IMG/VR virus record: IMGVR_UViG_3300010376_000032
Span: 1 to 64,000 of that record
Origin: a virus
Taxonomy: Duplodnaviria > Caudoviricetes
DNA: 64,000 bases
Direction: 5' to 3' (one strand)
How positions within the stretch are numbered: position 1 is the stretch's first letter; every line of letters starts with the position of its first letter. Position numbers and translations under genes: made by a program. The notes under the pieces were generated by a model. That model did no database searches. It was not told where the DNA came from and saw only the letters and a list, made by a program, of their open reading frames with translations. Of this stretch, positions 26,123 through 34,415 are shown one piece after another.

Positions 26123-29073
26123 GTTGACACCGGGGTCAGACAGTACTTGATGCGGCACTTCAAGGGCTGGGCAGTGGTCAGGTTCGCCGCGGGCGTGAGC
26201 ACCACCGGGTAGACCACCTGGGAGCTTCCGGCGCCAGGCGTGAGTGTCACCAGCGCCGTGAAGCGCGTGGTCCCGGCCTGCACGTCCTTGCTCTCTCCGG
26301 CACCACCCGTGAACAAGCCGGACACTGAGTTGGGAGTCGTGAAGAGGGCGTTCCCACTCAGCGACCAGGAATCTGTTGCCGAGGAGCCGCTGCCCGAGAC
26401 ATCAATGATGTAGAGCGTTTGCGAGACATTTGGCTGCTGGTTGACGATGAGATAGCCCGCCGTGTACCCCGCGGTGGTGATAGGCGTTCCAGCCGGGATG
26501 ACAAAAGGCTCCTCATGCATGCCCTGCTCATCGAGGACGTAGAGGGTCGCGCCTGGCTCGACCTGATCGTTGAACCAGTGATTGAGGACGGAGTTGAGGC
26601 CCGACGAGATCATCGCCTTGGTCGCCCCGGTCCAGGCGTGGATGCGGGGCAGGCTCATGCCACAACCCGTCATGCTGAGCAGGATGATCGGCGTGGTCTG
26701 ATCACCACGCTGCTTGGCGTAGGTGTTGATGGCCACACCGGGGCAGCCAGAGAAGTGGGCGTGGAAGTTCCCGGTCAGGTTGAACGTGCCCACACTGTTG
26801 GCAATGCCGACGTACGAGCTATTGGTGCCACCGTACATGCGAGTGTTGAGAGACGTGATATTGAAGGGGCCACTGCCCGGGATGGCATACCAGTTGGTGA
26901 TCTTGGCGTCGAAGACGGCGCCGCCGCCTCCGTTATAGGGTTCGGAGACGGGGCAGTCGATGACACCAGACGGTCCCCAGTCATCGGTCCAGACCTGGTT
27001 GATCAGCAGACCGATATTGCCATTGCTGTTTGCACCGGCAGCGCTCAGCGTCCACCACACCGCCGTGCAGCTATCCACGAGTAGGGTGTCGATCTCAGGC
27101 AGGCCACTGCTGGCGCCCTTGATGCAGGTGCGGTCCGGCGCTCTGGGCAGATCGAGGTTGCCGGAGTACACATAGCCAGGATCGCCCTTGAAGTTGTGGA
27201 AGACGCATTCGCTGGCCTCTGCATAGACCGCCCAACGGAGCGAGCCAACCCACCATCTCTCTGCCTTGACACTGGTGCCAGTGCCCTTGTACCCGATCCA
27301 TGAATTGCAATCCACGATGTCGGTGACTTCCTGATTGACCTGGCTACCGAGGACGCTGCACGCGAAGGGAATGTACGAAGGGCTGCCGTTAGTGGCATCG
27401 ACGTTGTTGCCTTGCAGCGATCCGTTAGTCTGGTAGGGCCAGAAGAACTGGAGCTTTCGGGCTGCCGTACCCATGCCGTGCAGCCACAGCATGGAACCGT
27501 TGTTTCCAGGGGTATTGAACGACGTGAAGACGAGCGTCGTACAATACGGGTTGGGCAGCGGGTTGGCGTTCTGGGAAACTGACTGCGTGATCGTCAGGGG
27601 GTAATGCTCACCTTGGACGCTGCCACCATGGTTGACGGTGCCGCTATCCGGTATTTGGAGCGGATAACCGATGGGGTAAAAGCCATCCGGCAAGACCACG
27701 TTCCTGATCGCAAGCGCGGCAGCACCGATGGCGGCGGTGTCATCATGAGTGACCAGAGCATTGGTCAACTGGGGGCCGATATTGTTCGCCACAGTGACGG
27801 TGGTGGGCGTCACCGCGTTGACCTTTGAGAACAAGCTGGCATTGATGTTGGCGGCGGGAGGAGTGACAGGAACCTGTGGCAGGCGACCAGGGCCTCCCCC
27901 GGCGTAGCTCCCGGTACCGTTCAGGAAGGGCTGGCCATTGTCCACATAGGTGACCATGGTGGGCGGGTTCTGCGAGGCGTTGGGAACAATGGCCCCGTAG
28001 TCCTGCCATACCCGGTCCGCGATGGGCACCTGCTGCATGAACTGGAGCGGCCCTGCACCGGTCTGCCGGTAGATGTTGTAGTACCGGTAGCCCATGGGGA
28101 TGCCGTAGAAGAAGTCCCAGTAGACGTTGATGCCATAGACCGTGGCCCCGGTGGTAACCGTGGGAGCCGGGTTGACCAGGGGTGGGCTTTCGTTGCCGTA
28201 GTAGTCCACTCCCGTGATGGTGTACCCATAGGTGGTGCTAGGAGCCAGGTTGGACCCCAGGTAGGGCGGCAGCAAGTTGGAGGCGACCAGGCCGCAGGAG
28301 AAATGCGTGGGCGAGTGGAGCCAGTAGGTGCCGATCAATTGCATCGAGCCGCCTATGCGCCCATAGATCGCATACCCGTAGACCACTGAAGCGGTCATGG
28401 CTACCACCGGAGTGAACTGGATCCGGTTGTAGTTGCTGGCACTCAGCGTGGCGTTTCCCTGGAAGGTGGTTATGGGACTCGCCGCTGAGCATCCGTCATA
28501 GGTGGCGCTCTGGATACAGGCCACCTGATAGCTGTAGGTCACCGTGCCGCCATTAGTGCCGGTGGATGCGATGACCGGCGCGGCAGGCACCTGCATCCCA
28601 ACGGCGGTGCCGCCGTAGAGCCGGATGCCGTGGCCCACCTGGAAATCGTGGGCGCCCAAGGTAACCACCGTCTGGTTCGCGCCGCTCGTTGATCCGCTGT
28701 AGTAGTTCAGCGAAGCACTGATGCCGTACTGCTGAAGGATGTTTGGCTTCACCGATGCCAACGCCTGAGAGGTCAGCACCGGTATGGCGACCCAGTTGGA
28801 CGCGTGCGCGGTGGGCGGGCCACCTTCGGCTCCCCTGAGTACGGTCCAGGTGGTGCCGGAGATGTTGATCACCAACATGATCTCCGGTGGCGCATTGGTG
28901 TCGTTGACATCAACAATCCGGAACACGGTGGGTGGGCTGGCCGTGTTGGAGGCGGGCGGCGCCCCGGTAGAGGACGCCACCGTCCACGTCTCCTGCGTGA
29001 GGGCGGCAGGAGCGGTTGTCCCACCGGAGGTGACCGTCCAGCGGTAGTACTCGGAGAACAGGTCAAGCGGCAT
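26119..29073 (-). CDS. Tailspike/receptor-binding protein with a probable beta-helix (pectate-lyase-like) domain
   Basis: 984 aa; virion-type N-terminus (PEIM.V....GT.WTV.RG.EG); Fn3-like repeats (Y.Y.ITGVD..GNES); THDDTAAI.AA....RNVVLPDG.YPI beta-helix entry motif. Confidence 0.72.
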   Translation of the reverse strand: MPLDLFSEYYRWTVTSGGTTAPAALTQETWTVASSTGAPPASNTASPPTVFRIVDVNDTNAPPEIMLVINISGTTWTVLRGAEGGPPTAHASNWVAIPVLTSQALASVKPNILQQYGISASLNYYSGSTSGANQTVVTLGAHDFQVGHGIRLYGGTAVGMQVPAAPVIASTGTNGGTVTYSYQVACIQSATYDGCSAASPITTFQGNATLSASNYNRIQFTPVVAMTASVVYGYAIYGRIGGSMQLIGTYWLHSPTHFSCGLVASNLLPPYLGSNLAPSTTYGYTITGVDYYGNESPPLVNPAPTVTTGATVYGINVYWDFFYGIPMGYRYYNIYRQTGAGPLQFMQQVPIADRVWQDYGAIVPNASQNPPTMVTYVDNGQPFLNGTGSYAGGGPGRLPQVPVTPPAANINASLFSKVNAVTPTTVTVANNIGPQLTNALVTHDDTAAIGAAALAIRNVVLPDGFYPIGYPLQIPDSGTVNHGGSVQGEHYPLTITQSVSQNANPLPNPYCTTLVFTSFNTPGNNGSMLWLHGMGTAARKLQFFWPYQTNGSLQGNNVDATNGSPSYIPFACSVLGSQVNQEVTDIVDCNSWIGYKGTGTSVKAERWWVGSLRWAVYAEASECVFHNFKGDPGYVYSGNLDLPRAPDRTCIKGASSGLPEIDTLLVDSCTAVWWTLSAAGANSNGNIGLLINQVWTDDWGPSGVIDCPVSEPYNGGGGAVFDAKITNWYAIPGSGPFNITSLNTRMYGGTNSSYVGIANSVGTFNLTGNFHAHFSGCPGVAINTYAKQRGDQTTPIILLSMTGCGMSLPRIHAWTGATKAMISSGLNSVLNHWFNDQVEPGATLYVLDEQGMHEEPFVIPAGTPITTAGYTAGYLIVNQQPNVSQTLYIIDVSGSGSSATDSWSLSGNALFTTPNSVSGLFTGGAGESKDVQAGTTRFTALVTLTPGAGSSQVVYPVVLTPAANLTTAQPLKCRIKYCLTPVST

Positions 29074-29082
29074 TGGGGCGCC

Positions 29083-29469
29083 CTAACTCAGTTGTTTCGT
29101 GAACGACCCCGTACTGATCGAGAAAGTGTCTCCGGCATTGATGGTCTTGGGCGAGGACAGGTTGCCAAACCAGCGCCGTACCGGAGTAGGCGTTGCCGAG
29201 TCGTACTCGTCTATTCCGGTGATGGTGCAGGCGGGAAGGTTCACAAACGTCACCGCCACGTTGGAGGAGATCGAGCCACCGGCAGGGGCAGCGAAGGTGA
29301 TGGTCTGACGTACGTAGCCGCCGCCGACAACCTCCGTGCCAGCCGCGGTGGCGGTACCGGTCGCAGTAACCAGGGCCACCTGGATCGGTGGGACAGGCGC
29401 CACATAGGGAGCCTGGCCCGAGCTTGCCGCCAGGATGTTGTTGGCTTCAGTGGTGACGAGATTGGCCAT
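29083..29469 (-). CDS. Small virion structural protein (tail-fibre-associated fold)
   Basis: Start reset to ATG 29469; EV.GGGY.RQ.ITF.AP..G..S....VTF..LPA.TITG...YD.A......W.G.L...KT...GDTF. Confidence 0.7.
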   Translation of the reverse strand: MANLVTTEANNILAASSGQAPYVAPVPPIQVALVTATGTATAAGTEVVGGGYVRQTITFAAPAGGSISSNVAVTFVNLPACTITGIDEYDSATPTPVRRWFGNLSSPKTINAGDTFSISTGSFTKQLS

Positions 29470-29651
29470 TACACCTTCTTCAGGGTCTGCTGACAGACCG
29501 GGCATCCGGCTTCAGCGCAGCAGGTAATGTGCGCGCTCTCCGACTGCTCCTGGCCCATCTGGATGATGTAGTGGACATGGTGCGGCTCAGTGTCAGTCTC
29601 ACCACAGATGGCACAGGTGCGAGCTACCGGGTCAGGGTCAGTGGTAGACAA
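29469..29651 (-). CDS. Small Cys/His metal-binding protein
   Basis: CAIC..TD..PHH.H...H..CC...GCPVC in 60 aa. Confidence 0.65.
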   Translation of the reverse strand: MSTTDPDPVARTCAICGETDTEPHHVHYIIQMGQEQSESAHITCCAEAGCPVCQQTLKKV

Positions 29652-30168
29652 CGCCCCGGGACTCCAGCCATTGATAGAGGTGCTTCGGCACCCGGTAGCG
29701 ACGGCCCCGCAGGAAGGTGTACTCGTTGCCCACGCCGTAGGTCATCTGCTCGATGTCGGTGTTGACGCGGATGACCTTCCACTCTTCCTCGACGGTCATC
29801 GGCTCCTCGCCCAGGTCCACTACCTCCATGGAGTTCGTCGGCGTGGGCCGAGCCTGCTGCTGCGTTTCGGTGGGGCGCAGATCCTTCATGGGGTCATACG
29901 CTTGTGCCGAAGTGGAGGGATCAAGGATCGGATCCTCATCCACCACCATGGGCTGAGACAGATCTTCGATCCTGGCCGTTCCTTCCGCGGACATTTCCAC
30001 CATTGCCCCGGTGGCCGGATCGAAGATCCCCTCTTCCTCCGTCACGATGTCGACCTGGTTGACGAGTCCGATCTCCTGCTGACGATCGGCAAGCTCCTGA
30101 GCCTTTTCCTCAGCCAGTCGCTGCCGCTGTGCTCCGGTGAAATCGCCTCGTTGCGGTCCTCTGGGCAT
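29638..30168 (-). CDS. Capsid-associated protein (acidic, with a conserved-looking C-terminus)
   Basis: Directly after the MCP and in frame with it; IRVN.DIEQMTYG.G..Y.F..G.RY.VP. Confidence 0.68.
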   Translation of the reverse strand: MPRGPQRGDFTGAQRQRLAEEKAQELADRQQEIGLVNQVDIVTEEEGIFDPATGAMVEMSAEGTARIEDLSQPMVVDEDPILDPSTSAQAYDPMKDLRPTETQQQARPTPTNSMEVVDLGEEPMTVEEEWKVIRVNTDIEQMTYGVGNEYTFLRGRRYRVPKHLYQWLESRGVVYH

Positions 30169-30171
30169 CCC

Positions 30172-31188
30172 TCAGTTGGTCCAGGCGATGACGACGCTTT
30201 GATCGGTTATCAGCCCAAATCCCCATATAGCATACCAGCACAACGCGTGCTCTCGTCCGAAGTCCAATACACCACCATCACGTAGCTCGACAGGCAATGC
30301 AATGGCATGACCGAAGGCATTGTCGCCCAGGTACATGGCGCCATGGACGACACCGGCATTGGTGACCGCGCCCATGCCACTGGGTCCGGTATTGGGGGCG
30401 TACTGACGGACCTGCGTCGTCTCGATATAGACCACATCGTTGAGGCGACCGATTTCCCCGATCATGAAGTTCCCGGCCGCGGCATATTTGGTGACCTCGA
30501 TGAACTCGGGGTTGTCACGCAGGCGGCGGGACTGATGCGGGTCCAGGAAGCAGACGTACGTCTCTCCGATGCGCGGCACGTTCTTGGTGGCCAGCGTCTC
30601 GACGGCGTCCTTGGTGACGTTGACGCTCATGTAGAACGTCCCAGCCAGGGCGCTGTAGTTGGCACCCACGGTGCCCGCGTCATACGGCGACAGCGGGGTA
30701 CGGGTGGCCGTAGGAGCCGGAAGCTGGTAGCCAAAGATGGCCGAAGACGCCTGGTACAGGGTGTCTCGGGCTGAGCCGTCGAGGTACTTGGCCATGTTTC
30801 TCCCCAAGAGCCTTGAAGAGGAGGCCATCACGTCATCGAAGGAGGCGTTGAGCAGAAGCTCGCTCACCGCGACGGCGTAGCCCTGCTCTGCCACGGTGAT
30901 GGCGTACTGGCTGGCCGTCAATGCCGCCGTCTGCATGCGGACACCTTCAACCAACTGCGTGGCGTCACCCAAATTGTTGTAACGCATAAAGTTGATCTGG
31001 AGTCCCGGCTGGATGCCCAGTTCTGTCTTCTTGACAGCGAACTGCTCATATCTCAACACGGGCATTGACTGGAACAAAATTTCCTTGCTCCAGATCACCT
31101 GGATGGCCGGGGACAACTGGGAGTTAGTACCCGGGTAGCCGGTGGGGGACGCACTCAGCAAAGGAGTGCCGGTGATGCTGGAAGGCAT
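30172..31188 (-). CDS. Major capsid protein (N4-gp56-like family)
   Basis: WSKEILFQSMP.LRYEQFAVKKTELG..PG.QINF.RYNNL; GEIGRL.DV..IET; VELRDGG..DFGREH.L.WY.IWG.G; AGGAGGT RBS. Confidence 0.92.
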   Translation of the reverse strand: MPSSITGTPLLSASPTGYPGTNSQLSPAIQVIWSKEILFQSMPVLRYEQFAVKKTELGIQPGLQINFMRYNNLGDATQLVEGVRMQTAALTASQYAITVAEQGYAVAVSELLLNASFDDVMASSSRLLGRNMAKYLDGSARDTLYQASSAIFGYQLPAPTATRTPLSPYDAGTVGANYSALAGTFYMSVNVTKDAVETLATKNVPRIGETYVCFLDPHQSRRLRDNPEFIEVTKYAAAGNFMIGEIGRLNDVVYIETTQVRQYAPNTGPSGMGAVTNAGVVHGAMYLGDNAFGHAIALPVELRDGGVLDFGREHALCWYAIWGFGLITDQSVVIAWTN

Positions 31189-31220
31189 ATCGCCTTACCT
31201 CCTATTTTAGGGTACTACCT

Positions 31221-32027
31221 CTATTGCTGCCTGCGACTTTGGGACGCCGCTCGTAGCAAGTTGTCACGTTCCGCAGCGTACTCTTCGGGTGTCATCGCCT
31301 TGAGTTCATCGGCTGTATACGTCCGTGTAGTCCCGCTGGTTTCCATAGGACCGACTGGGGGCGCGGTGACTCCTACCGTGGGACGGGCGGCGTTGACCTG
31401 ACGTAAACCGTTGACAACACCACTTTTGATGTCGTTGGTTTTTTGTACAAGAAGAGAAATCGACTGGTCGATCTCTTCAGTGGTATTTCCAGACACCAGA
31501 TCACGGAGTTCAGGCATGATATTTTCTGCCTCAGTGGCCATCCGCTGGCTCATGTAGGTCTGCAGCGAGGCGTGGCGGCGCTCCTGCTCCAACATGGCGA
31601 AGGCCCGTTCCCGTTCCTGGCGCTCCTCCTGGAGGCGGGTTTCCCACTCCTGATCCTTGCGCTGGATCAGGTCGCGGAGTTCCATCTCCTCCTCTTCCTT
31701 CTTCTTCGCCGCCCGCTGGGCATCACGCTGCGTCTTGGCTTCCGCCGCCTGGCGGTCCTCTTCGGCCTTCCTGTATGCGGCCAGTTCGTCCTGAAGCTGG
31801 TCGGCCCGCTGCTGCTCTGCGGCGTAACGGGCACGCTCCTCCTGACGAATGCGCTCGACATCTTCGGCAGTGAACGACGAGGGCAGTTCGCTGTTTCGCT
31901 GGTTGCGATTGCCGCTCGTGGCCGGGGGCGGTTCCGCGGGCGGGGTGACCGGGACGGTGATGCTGTTCGGGTCAGGCGGTTCGGGGTCGCCTTGCTGCTG
32001 CGTCGGGTCTGGTTCGACGGTGGTCAT
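31221..32027 (-). CDS. Prohead scaffolding protein
   Basis: Lies between portal and MCP; long charged coiled coil; P-rich N-terminus. Confidence 0.82.
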   Translation of the reverse strand: MTTVEPDPTQQQGDPEPPDPNSITVPVTPPAEPPPATSGNRNQRNSELPSSFTAEDVERIRQEERARYAAEQQRADQLQDELAAYRKAEEDRQAAEAKTQRDAQRAAKKKEEEEMELRDLIQRKDQEWETRLQEERQERERAFAMLEQERRHASLQTYMSQRMATEAENIMPELRDLVSGNTTEEIDQSISLLVQKTNDIKSGVVNGLRQVNAARPTVGVTAPPVGPMETSGTTRTYTADELKAMTPEEYAAERDNLLRAASQSRRQQ

Positions 32028-32036
32028 CTCCTGGCG

Positions 32037-33815
32037 TTAGCTCCTTATGCTGTCATCTTCTTCGGGGGTACGGCGTTGTGGAATGGTGGTGCCGTGAGAG
32101 AGAGTGACGATCCGCTGGAACATCTTCTTCACGTCCTCGCTGTCTTTCAGGTCAATCCCTGGCAGCATCCCGATCTTGGCCTGGGGAGCGCTGTTTACAT
32201 TTGGGCCACCCGCCGACTTCACGCCTCCCCCGTTGGACGATCCGCCGTTGGAGTTGCCGTCGCCTCCACCGTTCTGTGGGGGTGGGGGCATTGGTTGTGG
32301 GCCTTCGGGTGCGACCATGCCGGTGAGATTGGCCGTGAGGCTGGCGACCTGTGCCTTGAGGAGATCGAGGGCAGCCTGCTGCTCCGCGTCATCTACCAGT
32401 TCCTTGAAGAGTTCCTGCAGCTTCTCGTCGGGGAACTCCTCACCAAGCTCTATGAGAGCGCCCCGCTTGGACTCCAGGCCCAACTGCATCTTGACCATTA
32501 GCTCGTTGAGCTTGACCAACTGGTCGACCGGCAACGGTGGCTGGAACTGAACGGTGTTCTCATAGGTCACCGGGTCCATCGGGTCCAACATCGGTAGCTG
32601 GTCATCCCTGAGTGGGGGATCCCACTCAGGGTTGTAGACCAATGTCTCCGGCTCTTTCATAAAGAGCGTCTTCAGTGCCAGCCGATTGACCTCTGCGAAG
32701 CCCTCACCATACTGGGTGGCCTTCAAGTGGAAGCGATTCATGAGAGGCTGATACTGAATCGCCAGGGCCACACCGGAGGTGTTGGAGATGGCCTGCTCCT
32801 CGCCCAGGGCGGTCACCGGGACACCGGTCATCTCGTGCATGGCCCGCTTGAGCACATCCAGCAGCTTGATGGCCTCCTCGATGCCCCGAGGGTCGAAGAG
32901 CAGGTTCTCTACCCGAGCTTCCTTGTTCGGGATACTCCAAGTCTGATGCGTGCCCTTCTCCAGGTTAGAGGCGCGGGCGCCGATCACCACCGTCACCGGG
33001 GCGGCGTGATAGCTGACGATGTCGCAGATATCCGTCGCAGTTTCGTTATACTGCCGGTTGAGCGGTGCGATGTCCTGTATGTCGGGCATCCCCCAGGGCG
33101 ATGAAGCGATTGGCATATTGCTGATGTGGACAACGGGGATCTCGCCCAGAGGATTTTCCCGCTGGTCGATGAGTTCGTCGTTGACGTACTCCTCGATCTG
33201 GTTCTCGGTGAGCAACTCGGTGTAGGTGAAGACCTGCCGGGTGCCCTCCTGGGTGGTCCCCCAGAACCGATACTTCAGCTTGAACCGGATCAGTCGCTTG
33301 CGATCATGGGGATGCCATTCCGGAAAGCAGAACGCCGAGTTCAGCGGCAAGATCCGAACGCGACCGGGATGTGGCATCCCGGCGGGATCCTGCCACGGCT
33401 CCTCGTAGGCCACCTTTACGAAGCAGTCCCCGGTGACAGATCCCATGGACCCCATCTCCCACAGGAGCGAGTCCTTCTTGTTGTCTGTCTCCCAGATGCG
33501 CTGCAGCCGGGTGGGCACGATGGCACCCGTGGCATCCGGTGAGCGAAATCCCACGCCCTTGCCGAACACGAAGTTGGTGGTGAAGTCGCTCAGCGCCCTG
33601 GTGTAGTTGAAGGTGAGTTGCGGCTCACCCAGATCGGGCCGTTGTGCCCAGTGGTAGCCCAGGTAGAAGGCCCAGTTCATGGCGTAGCGGTTGAGCCTGG
33701 GGCCGTGGACCTCAAACTCCTCGTCGGCAAGCTCCACCAGCCCGAGCGGGCTGATCTGGATGGTCAGATCAGACGATGCCGCTCGATAGCTGGGGGACTG
33801 GAACTGGATGGACAC
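32037..33815 (-). CDS. Portal protein (SPP1 gp6-like)
   Basis: RYA.NWAFYLG.HW, G.VTGD.FVKV, P.N.AFCFPE.HPH, NPLG.IPVVH.N, YHAAPVT, SNTSGVAL.IQY.P. Confidence 0.9.
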   Translation of the reverse strand: MSIQFQSPSYRAASSDLTIQISPLGLVELADEEFEVHGPRLNRYAMNWAFYLGYHWAQRPDLGEPQLTFNYTRALSDFTTNFVFGKGVGFRSPDATGAIVPTRLQRIWETDNKKDSLLWEMGSMGSVTGDCFVKVAYEEPWQDPAGMPHPGRVRILPLNSAFCFPEWHPHDRKRLIRFKLKYRFWGTTQEGTRQVFTYTELLTENQIEEYVNDELIDQRENPLGEIPVVHISNMPIASSPWGMPDIQDIAPLNRQYNETATDICDIVSYHAAPVTVVIGARASNLEKGTHQTWSIPNKEARVENLLFDPRGIEEAIKLLDVLKRAMHEMTGVPVTALGEEQAISNTSGVALAIQYQPLMNRFHLKATQYGEGFAEVNRLALKTLFMKEPETLVYNPEWDPPLRDDQLPMLDPMDPVTYENTVQFQPPLPVDQLVKLNELMVKMQLGLESKRGALIELGEEFPDEKLQELFKELVDDAEQQAALDLLKAQVASLTANLTGMVAPEGPQPMPPPPQNGGGDGNSNGGSSNGGGVKSAGGPNVNSAPQAKIGMLPGIDLKDSEDVKKMFQRIVTLSHGTTIPQRRTPEEDDSIRS

Positions 33816-34036
33816 TAGGAGTCGCTCAGGTCCAGGGTGCCTTCAAGGGCATCGTGAAGCTCAGGATCGAATCTTCCTGTCCCCTTGCCCTTCGCCAGAT
33901 TCATACGTCCCCATTTCCCAAGCTGACCGGGGGCAGAAAACCCGGCGGCGAGCGTTAGAGCGGAAGTCGGGGCATAGCGGCGACCCTCCATACGCCGATC
34001 ATGAAAAAGATGACCGTCACCATCCCCGTTCGTCAT
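33815..34036 (-). CDS. Hypothetical protein
   Basis: Start reset to ATG 34036 (ATGA overlap); stop overlaps the portal GTG. Confidence 0.55.
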   Translation of the reverse strand: MTNGDGDGHLFHDRRMEGRRYAPTSALTLAAGFSAPGQLGKWGRMNLAKGKGTGRFDPELHDALEGTLDLSDS

Positions 34037-34212
34037 CGCGATTTCCTCATCTGCTGTTGGTAGTCCCATTGGGTGCGAGGCAGCTTGCGACGGCTCTGCT
34101 GCTTGACGACGCGGTTCACCTGCTGTTGGTGCTTCTGTGCCTGGGTGGTCGCGGCCAACGAAGCGTGCCGGGGGCGGAATCGCTCCAGGTGCGACGAGTC
34201 ACCAACGGCCAC
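34033..34212 (-). CDS. Small basic Gln/Arg-rich protein (59 aa, missing from the ORF track)
   Basis: Translated by hand: MAVGDSSHLERFRPRHASLAATTQAQKHQQQVNRVVKQQSRRKLPRTQWDYQQQMRKSR*; coupled on both sides. Confidence 0.58.
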   Translation of the reverse strand: MAVGDSSHLERFRPRHASLAATTQAQKHQQQVNRVVKQQSRRKLPRTQWDYQQQMRKSR

Positions 34213-34415
34213 TACTCATCGCCTGCCCGATGAGTGGGCTGGCCCCGGTAGACCTGCTCGACCATGCCGCCCAGGGCACTTGGCCCCGCGGCGCGACCGT
34301 ACATACGCTTGGGGTCCGAGGACATGGGATTGGCATGTGGATCACGCCGGTCGTTCCACAGCGTGTCGATGTCCATGTACTCGACGGGGACGCCTTTGAC
34401 CTTGGGCTGGTCCAT
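34212..34415 (-). CDS. Hypothetical protein
   Basis: 67 aa, TGATG coupling. Confidence 0.58.
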   Translation of the reverse strand: MDQPKVKGVPVEYMDIDTLWNDRRDPHANPMSSDPKRMYGRAAGPSALGGMVEQVYRGQPTHRAGDE

